This document shows positions 55,582-64,000 of a stretch of DNA of 64,000 nt, piece after piece. The position numbers were made by a program, and so were the translations under genes. A model generated the notes under the pieces. That model was not told the DNA's origin, ran no database searches, and saw only the letters and a list, made by a program, of their open reading frames with translations. Every line of letters begins with the position of its first letter. Position 1 is the stretch's first letter. This DNA comes from Histomonas meleagridis 2922-C6/04-290x (taxonomy: Eukaryota > Protista > Parabasalia), in contig JAANOX010000256.1 of NCBI GenBank assembly GCA_020184695.1, positions 302,597 to 366,596 on the forward strand, in the 5' to 3' direction.

Positions 55582-58493
55582 GAGAGTCTGGGTAGCATAC
55601 CCAAAACATACCCACTTTTAGACGGTTATAGCCACAATTTTCGACTTTTTGAATTCGATGTAATATAACCGTCTCATTTTTTTAAAATTTTGGATAAAAA
55701 AAATTTCAAAAAAATAAAGCTCAACAAAATAAAATAATTTTAACAATAGTAAGAACTATATCAATATAATTATTCATGAATAGTATAGAATTAAATAATA
55801 ATGAGTATTCGTGGAAAAAAACGATTTTGAAAAATAATCATAAAATATTTTAAAATAAATAGTATAATCGAATTCTCCATATGTTAAAACATATTACTGT
55901 ATTCTTTTTTTGCCAAAATACAAAATGTATATTGTGTTATTAGCAAATGTTTTTGATGTCCATTATGCATTATTGAATACATGTTCAAAAAGTGGGAATT
56001 GTGAAAAAATGATTACATTCAATTCTCATTTCAATACTTTACATTTTTGCTCCAATAAATTCTGAACAAATAAAAAATGACATTGTTAAACAAAATAATA
56101 TAAATGGGTAATCGATGGATAAAAGTAATTATATACATTAAGCATTGACAAACAATGAGCTACAAAATATATTTTTAAAAAAGCATTAAATGACAATAAT
56201 TTATGAAAAACATTATTTACAATCATTGATATCAATGAATTATAATGATTTGTTTTAATAGACAATAATGAACAAAAAATATTAATGATTTGTTTTTTTA
56301 AACATCAATAAAATATGAATGATGATGATTTATTCCATAAAGCAATAACATACAATGAAGTTTAATGATTTGTTTTATTAATCATCAATAAACAATTGAT
56401 AATAATCATTTCCAGATTCAACAATAATGAACAATGAATAATAATGATTATCATTAATTAAACATTAATATACAATGATTTATAATTATTTCTTTCATTA
56501 AACATTTATAAACGAATTTTATGATCATTTCTTTTATTAAATATTGATAAACAATAAATAATGATGATTATCATTAATGATACATTAATATACCATGATT
56601 TATAATCATTTTTTCCATCAAACAATAATATACAATAATCGATATACAATGATTCATTATTATTACTTTCATTGAATATTGATAAACAATGATTTATGAT
56701 CATTCCTTAATTAAACATTAATATACAATGAGTTATAATTATTACTTTCATCGAATATTTTTAAACAATGATTTATGATCATTTCTTTCATTAAACATTG
56801 ATATACAATGATTTATGATCATTTCTTTTATTTAACATGAATATACAATGATATATAATCACTTTTTTCATTGAATATTAATGAACGATGATTTATGATG
56901 ATTATCATTGATTGAACTTTAATATACAATGATTTATAATTATTTCTTTCATTAAACATCAATATACAATGATTATCATTATTTCTTTCATTATACATTA
57001 ATGAACAATGATTATCATTATTTCTTTCATTAAACATTAATATACAATGATTTATAATTATTTCTTTCATTAAACATTAATATACAATGATTATCATTAT
57101 TTCTTTCATTAAACATTAATATACAATGATTATCATTATTTCTTTCATTAAACATTAATATACAATGATTTATAATTATTTCTTTCATTATACATTAATA
57201 TACAATGATTATCATTATTTCTTTCATTAAACATTAATATACAATGATTATCATTATTTCTTTCATTAAACATTAATATACAATGATTATCATTATTTCT
57301 TTCATTAAACATTAATATACAATGATTATCATTATTTCTTTTCATTAAACATTAATATACAATGATTATCATTATTTCTTTCATTAAACATTAATATACA
57401 ATGATTATCATTATTTCTTTCATTAAACATTAATATACAATGATTTATAATTATTTCTTTCATTAAACATTAATATACAATGATTTATAATTATTTCTTT
57501 CATTAAACATTAATATACAATGATTATCATTATTTCTTTCATTAAACATCAATATACAATGATTATCATTATTTCTTTCATTAAACATTAATATACAATG
57601 ATTATCATTATTTCTTTCATTAAACATTAATATACAATGATTTATAATTATTTCTTTCATTAAACATTAATATACAATGATTTATAATTATTTCTTTCAT
57701 TAAACATTAATATACAATGATTATCATTATTTCTTTCATTAAACATTAATATACAATGATTATCATTATTTCTTTCATTAAACATTAATATACAATGATT
57801 ATCATTATTTCTTTCATTAAACATTAATATACAATGATTATCATTATTTCTTTCATTAAACATTAATATACAATGATTTATAATTATTTCTTTCATTATA
57901 CATTAATATACAATGATTATCATTATTTCTTTTCATTAAACATTAATATACAATGATTATCATTATTTCTTTCATTAAACATTAATATACAATGATTATC
58001 ATTATTTCTTTCATTAAACATTAATATACAATGATTATCATTATTTCTTTCATTAAACATTAATATACAATGATTTATGATCATATCTTTCATAGAACAT
58101 GAATTCAATAATGCATAATGGACATCAAAAACATTTGCTAATAACACAATATACATTTTGTATTTTGGCAAAAAAAGAATACAGTAATATGTTTTAACAT
58201 ATGGAGAATTCGATTATACTATTTATTTTAAAAATATTTTATGATTATTTTCAAAATCGTCCACGAATACTCATTATTATTTAATTCTATACTATTCATG
58301 AATAATTATATTGATATAGTTCTTACTATTGTTAAAATTATTTTATTTTGTTGAGCTTTATTTTTTTGAAATTTTTTTTATCCAAAATTTTAAAAAAATG
58401 AGACGGTTATATTACATCGAATTCAAAAAGTCGAAAATTGTGGGAATAACCGTCTAAAAGTGGGTATGTTTTGGGTATGCTACCCAGACTCTC
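55582..58493. mobile_element. Non-autonomous long-TIR (foldback/Mutator-like) element, 2912 bp
   Basis: Near-identical inverted arms 55582-55986 and 58095-58493 starting GAGAGTCTGGGTAGCATACCC. Direct repeat GTCAGGCA at 55574-55581 and 58494-58501 (could be read as up to 11 bp). No transposase ORF inside. Confidence 0.92.
56930..58080. repeat. 39/40-bp minisatellite (about 30 well-conserved units; degenerate copies extend left to about 56200)
   Basis: Unit GATTATCATTATTTCTTTCATTAAACATTAATATACAAT (39 bp), with a 40-bp GATTTATAATT... variant. Produces the spurious MFNERNNDNHCIL repeat ORFs on the minus strand. Confidence 0.95.
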
Positions 58494-59959
58494 GTCAGGC
58501 AATCATAGAAGTAACAGAAGGAGAGTTCCAAATGCATCTAATGAGATTCATAAGCAAATTCTCAAAGGACAATGGTTGATCAAGTAGGAGGACCCGAGAA
58601 CGCAATCAAAAAGAGGTGAAAGAAACATTAGAAAAAGAAGTGAAAACGTTCAGGGAAACTGTAACCGGATATGTTAACAGCCATAATATCCCCGAATCAC
58701 AAATTTACATAATTGATGAAACTGGGCTATGGAATGGTTCCGTAGCTTCCCGCACCTATGTCGACCCAGAATCAATGGATTCTGGGGTTGTTTCAGAAAG
58801 AAACCACAAAAAAGAAACAGATGTTGTTGCCATCTCTGCATCGGGAACCATTGACCCATACTTTTTTCGGCACACCTCGCAAAAATCAAAGAATATAATT
58901 GGTAACAAGGTAGTTCTGAAAAAAAAAATTTTTGGAATGGAGTTTGAGCAGATGGAACTATGGTAAACTTCTTTCGGTCAAAAATTTGGTCATTCAGATG
59001 GAACTGTTTTTGTGATGGACCGATTAAGAAGTCACACTAAACAAAAGATACAAAATCAACTTGAACAGCACAATGTAAAATGTTATTATTTCTCATTCCA
59101 AAGAGCAAAGTTCGCATCAGTATGCGATAATTCTTTCTTTGCTGTACTTCAGTCGAGATTAAAGAGAATAAATACTACAACTTCAGAGAAAAAAAAGAAT
59201 AATTTTATCAACACTGCGGAGAATTTCCGAAAAATCCACATTTTAAACTTTTGGTGGCACTGCGAATACGAATTTGAATGAAGAGAACAAAAATAAATTG
59301 AAGAAATTTGAATTATTCTGCAAAAGATATTGCGTATCGCATAGGTGATAATAAAGAATTCTTTGTTGAAATATTGAGTGTGAAAGTCAACTACACTGTG
59401 AATACGCTATGTTTTCAAGCAATACAATAAAAAAATTTATAGATGAATAATGATTAAGTCATGAACAAGTTTAAACCATTTATATATATGTTTTTCTGCT
59501 TTAGAACTAATATTTGTCATAGTGAAATTATCATTAAAATATATATTATGTATTATAACTTTATCAGCATTATTTTTTATGAATTTATTATAATATTTCT
59601 TATTATGAAGTTTGATTATTTTGATTAATAAATTATTTAGCATTTACGAATTTAATTATCGATTTCATTAATGGTCATTCTATCAGTAATTTTGCATTAG
59701 AAAATCATTCAGATGAAATAATGAATGATGATCTGATCATTGATTATCATAAATATATTTTTACGATTTTTTTATCCAATTTGATGTTTACAGAATGTTA
59801 ATATTGAAATTCAACAGTAGCGTAGTCTCGTACTTTGTACTCACTGATCAAATAATTCTGAAAAGCAACGAAGTTGCCTGAGCATTTGGCGAAATCTTAC
59901 ATTCACATTATTCGTGAAAAAATGATTTTTATAAAATTAAAATAATGCGAAAAAATAAA

Positions 59960-60600
59960 TTTATTTACTTGCTCAGAATGGAATTAGTGCTTTTATCGCA
60001 TCGATGGGTAGCGGAAAAAGCTATACTTATTAAAAGCTCATGAAATATTTAGTGTTGAGGAAAAAGGAAAAAAAATGTTGGTCCGGAACTCTGTTCCTGA
60101 GTTTCGCGGTGAGATCAGAAACACGATGTACCGATTAACTACAGTTTTACGATAATAATATAAGAATCCTAATTGAATGATGAATCGACAATATTTATAA
60201 TAAACACTATTTTTACCATTTGTGGTGAATCTGATGTTTAAAGTACTTCCGTAAGTGAGAGCATTATATGATACTGTAGGCTCTTCGTAAAAATCTCCTT
60301 TGATTTCGATAAATCTGTTTTTTGAATCAGAAAATGATGATTGAAATTCGATATATTCTCTGTTACAAACATTACGAAATATTATCGTATTTGAAAAATT
60401 GATGAATAGAATTTATATATATCAGTTTCATATTGATTAAAGAACCGTATAAATTCTCTAGTAATATTAGTAGATGAATCAAATTTTAAAAAATTAGAGA
60501 AAACGGAATCTGTATCATCACTTCGAACGTAATCACAATATAGTAGTAAGTTTGGTGGCAAATACTATCAACGGATATGATATTTCAAACGATATCGGCG
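59960..60600 (+). pseudogene. Packaging-ATPase-like relic (Walker A)
   Basis: YLLAQNGISAFIASMGSGKSY contains AxxxxGKS (59998-60021) and is followed by TAA at 60030. The downstream region is fragmented. Confidence 0.55.
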
Positions 60601-61517
60601 GAGGTTCTAATTCTACGATAAAAATTCCAGCAATCGCAACAATCAAATCTTATGGAGTAATGGAAGTAGGAGAATATATCGATTTTCATTATAAAGATGA
60701 TCATAATAAGGATAATACTTAATTCATTAGAGATATAATTGATACATTAAGTCATCGAGCAAAAAGCGGAAGTACAATAAGTTTTAGTAATAATGGTAAC
60801 AGTAGATAGTATTAATAATATATTTACAAATGATATATCATCAAACACACATAATCATGACGATAGATATTTTTCATTAGATCATATTAATAGTGATTAT
60901 TTGATCAATATTAACTTAGAAGGTATTAATAATAAATCGACCTGCATATATTATAATGCGAAAACAATTACTAATGAAAAAGAAGAGGATATAATAATAT
61001 AATTGATAATGATGGCAAAATAACAACAGAATACTATATTATAAACAAATGATTATTGATGACGAAGATATGCAAGAAATTTTAATGAAACCGCTAGGTG
61101 AAGACGGTGAATTCACATATAAAGAAAGTTTTGTTGAGAGTATATTTGATATAATAATAATAATAGATGCATTCTTTACAGCTGCTAATACAGCATATCT
61201 ATCAAAATTTGTATCGAAAAACATATAGGTCAGATAGTAATATAAATAAAGAATTTCGGTCGGGCAGGATTTTACTCAAATAGTCACTAGAAATGTTCTG
61301 AAGTCAAAAGGTTATTTACCATCACCATCATTGAAATCAGTAGTTTTTGATGATCATGAACAGGTGGAATGTTGGAAGATTTAGAAGGTCGTGATGATGA
61401 TATTGACCGAGACTTTAATGAGTATGATTATTTATTCACGGAAATGAATACTATATCTAAAAATTTGAAATACTATCATAAAGATGTCGCAATACATTAC
61501 GTGAAATATTAACAAAA

Positions 61518-62018
61518 ATGTGTAATGATTTTAATGCACAGGCAACAAATTATGTATTATTATTTGATCTTGATGAAAAAAATAAATTAAAGATCTTTTG
61601 TAAATTTAAATCTGATACACAAACAATAAATCAATGCAATTTTTGTTTTCAAGATGTTAAATCAAAAACGACTGAAAATCTAACAAATTTCTTAAAGTTT
61701 TTGAATCAAGATACTTCACAAACAAATATTGATAAATTAAAAAACCAATCTAATACAAGCTTACAATTTGACAATGTATGGGACAGAGAATATATTGAAT
61801 TTAATGCTTCATTTAGTGATAATAAACGCAGATTTATCGGTCTAAATAATGATTTTTATGATAAACCGACTGTATTATTTAATCCTCCAACAGACGGTAA
61901 CACTTTTAATATAACGTTTATCGACAGTAATAAAAATCATGTCTATCCAAGATACTGTATATTTATTATACAGATAATATTTATATATAATTATCGAAAT
62001 GTAGTTACATTGAAATAA
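61518..62018 (+). CDS. Maverick-associated hypothetical protein (possible minor capsid/structural protein fragment)
   Basis: 166-aa beta-rich ORF (FDNVWDREYIEFNASFS...NNDFYDKP) between the ATPase and integrase relics. The function is inferred from context only. Confidence 0.45.
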   Translation: MCNDFNAQATNYVLLFDLDEKNKLKIFCKFKSDTQTINQCNFCFQDVKSKTTENLTNFLKFLNQDTSQTNIDKLKNQSNTSLQFDNVWDREYIEFNASFSDNKRRFIGLNNDFYDKPTVLFNPPTDGNTFNITFIDSNKNHVYPRYCIFIIQIIFIYNYRNVVTLK

Positions 62019-62315
62019 TTTTTATAAGTTTATATGTTAAAATATTATGTTTAAAAATAATTTGTTAAAATTCTTTATTTTAAAGTTATATATTTTTGAA
62101 GTAATTCTTTTCAATACAACTCATTATTTGAGTATTTCCGCGTAAATAACTCACAGGTATTATATCTTTATAAGGTTTATCTCCCGGTACTCTAAATAAT
62201 ACGATATATTTATTTTTATTCTTATCATAATTAAGTATTTCAATAATTTCACCGTTCCATTTATTAGGTATCGTATTTGCAAATTTAGGTTTATGATAAT
62301 TATTATTTACAATAA

Positions 62316-63068
62316 TTAATATATATCTGGGACTGTTATAACAGTCCCGTCTTTAGCAATTAATGTATACATATTACCTTTGCGGTCATCAATTTTATAC
62401 ATTTCTCTGCTAATTTGATAACGTTTTTTATGAATACCGTCATGTCTAGGTAATATATATCTTACGTAAGAATACACAGGAATAATTAAATTTTTAATTT
62501 TTTGTTGTTTATCAGCTAATTTTAAACACTTAAATATATACTCTTTTTCTAAGTCTTTATCATTAAACATTTCAATTAGAGAACAACCTATAGCAGAATG
62601 ATAACTGTTATTATAAGTATTTATAAATTTATTCATTCTTTTAGGTGTTATATAAGTATATTTCTCATCATGAGATTGATGTTTTGATTTCTCGTTAGGA
62701 GTATTCATATCACGTAATGTTCTAATAAATCTGTCAATAATACCTAAACTACTGTGATTTTTATCTGTAATAATATGCATACTGACATTATTATCTGTTA
62801 ATAATTTTACATTATTTTTATCTAAAAAACCGTACTCTTCATCAGATGTTAATTTTACAGGATGATATTTATTAATAAATTGTTATAATGTATAATTAAT
62901 ATCTTTTGCAGATTTAGTATTTAAAGGATATACTACAACGTATCTGTTATTAGTACCTATAAATATATGCCAATATCTAGGATCATGTTTATTTTTGACA
63001 TGTTTCTTTACATGATTATATGTTTTAAAATGAGTCTCATCTACAGTATCATTTATTGATGTTTGCAT
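62316..63068 (-). pseudogene. Maverick-type retroviral-like (rve) integrase with one in-frame TAA (62883-62885)
   Basis: ORFs 62883-63068 and 62316-62780 are in frame via a 34-codon open linker. RY..VYPL..KSA, KLTSDEEYGF, LGIIDRFIRTLRD and YNNSYHSAIG match the integrase core pattern. Confidence 0.85.
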
Positions 63069-63107
63069 ATTATTTATTACATATAACAGTTATTTTCTGA
63101 TAATGAA

Positions 63108-63515
63108 ATGGGCTTAGGTAATATATTTGGAGGCATACGTAAATAAGTTCAAGGAGGCTGTAGATTATTTAAAAATATTATTGATAAAGGTAAACAAATT
63201 TGGGGTAAATTATCACCTATAATAAATAAAGGCGGTAAAATCATTAGTAAAATACCGAGAACTATACAAAATATTGAAGATAAAAAACAGCAAATAACTG
63301 ATAAAATTGATCAAATTGTGGATATGATTCCCGATAGTAAAACTAAAGATAAAATTAAAGGTGCTGTTGACAGAGGCAAACAAATATCTGATAGAATTAT
63401 TAGCAGAGTTCAACATGTTAGTGATCATATACAACCTTATATAACTGCCGATAAGAATATATACAATAAATTAAATCAAACAAAAACAAATATTCAACAA
63501 CCAAATAATCAATAA
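63108..63515 (+). pseudogene. Small basic amphipathic protein (Polinton PX/adenovirus pVI-like), one in-frame TAA at codon 13
   Basis: MGLGNIFGGIRK*VQGGCRLFKNIIDKGKQIWGKLSPIINKGGKIISKIP... is in frame with ORF 63318-63515. It has an N-terminal Gly2 and an amphipathic pattern. Confidence 0.55.
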
Positions 63516-64000
63516 AATATGCATAATGCAAGATTGTTATAAAAATAAATAATGTATGTTATATATATACATAAATGACTGAGACTGAGTTAGTTTTAGA
63601 GTCACCTGTTGATAATAATAATAATAATTATCCCGTGTCTAAAGATTTTAATAATGTTAATATTAACAACATAATTGTTGATAAAAAAAATATATTAAAA
63701 ATTTCACTTCTAAATACAAAACATTATAATTAATAATGCTAAAAATAACATCGACAACAAATATTATGACGTTATATTTCATAAAAACGGTGATACAGAA
63801 ATAATTCTAAAAGACAATGTTAATAACACACCAAAAGATATTATTATTGAAAATAAATTATCAAAACAAACTGTGACAACTTTATCTGAATATCAATTTT
63901 TGATAGAACATATGTCATAATCGAATTCTCGTATTGAAAAATTAAGGGGTAAGCAAAAAAAATTAAGTCAAAAATAAAGAAAATTGAAGGGTGATATATA

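Larger units (their letters stand above)
55310..59281 (+). pseudogene. Second pogo-like DD35D transposase, split by the 55582-58493 insertion
   Basis: Removing 55582-58501 restores one frame: ARSKGMTWDELGISSFVSKTTMYRW (HTH)...IEWTRQAIIEV...IIDETGLW...VMDRLRSH-35-CDNSFF. Several nonsense codons. Termini not found; the 5' limit is approximate. Confidence 0.85.
59400..64000. mobile_element. Decayed Maverick/Polinton-like element (runs to the window end; left limit uncertain)
   Basis: Co-located relics of a P-loop ATPase, a retroviral-type integrase, an amphipathic MG-start protein and an orphan 166-aa ORF. Confidence 0.75.

Noticed and set aside
56930-58080. Possible CRISPR array
   Set aside because: Units are head-to-tail with no unique spacers, there are no cas genes, and the context is eukaryotic.
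56828-58171. Minus-strand ORFs made of MFNERNNDNHCIL repeats
   Set aside because: They are by-products of a 39-bp unit. The 40-bp variants break the frame repeatedly, and the array lies inside a non-coding TIR element.
59814-59830. AGTAGCGTAGT as a Maverick terminal (AGT)n motif
   Set aside because: It is too short and degenerate, and no partner TIR or TSD is visible within the window.
835-63515. Stop-codon reassignment (TAA/TAG read as an amino acid) to explain in-frame stops
   Set aside because: Conserved genes (TGT, RICTOR, EB1, POLR1A, glycogen synthase) have no internal stops and end at TAA/TGA at expected lengths. The long ankyrin inserts contain multiple stop types (insert 1 has all three).

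Overview
AT-rich eukaryotic genomic DNA, most likely from a parabasalid (trichomonad-type) protist. This is inferred from gene content: DUF3447-like/ankyrin paralogs, BEACH and ALG5-like paralogs, an amylase-like/GT5 glycogen synthase fusion, very short intergenic spacers and a Maverick-type relic. Positions 0.8-50.8 kb form a gene-dense block: queuine tRNA-ribosyltransferase, a BEACH-like and a WDR17-like gene (both broken by single-base frameshifts), an ALG5-like GT2, two divergent Ras-family GTPases, a RapGAP-fold protein, a GT31 glycosyltransferase, RICTOR, glycogen synthase, a lid-less Hsp70, the RNA polymerase I largest subunit, a nitroreductase, EB1 and tRNA-Ala(UGC). The block also holds a decayed bacterial-type SDR gene and a hAT fragment. 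Positions 53.5-64 kb are a transposon graveyard: a complete pogo-like DD35D element, a second pogo-like transposase split by a 2.9-kb non-coding element (about 400-bp TIRs, 39/40-bp minisatellite core), and a decayed Maverick/Polinton. The most unusual signal is in the two ankyrin paralogs. In the intact-frame copy, 90-nt ankyrin modules are separated at exactly the same codon by AT-rich, often stop-containing inserts of length 3n. These have conserved edges but no conserved GT-AG, and are candidate non-canonical introns. Family assignments come from motif recognition only; no database searches were run.
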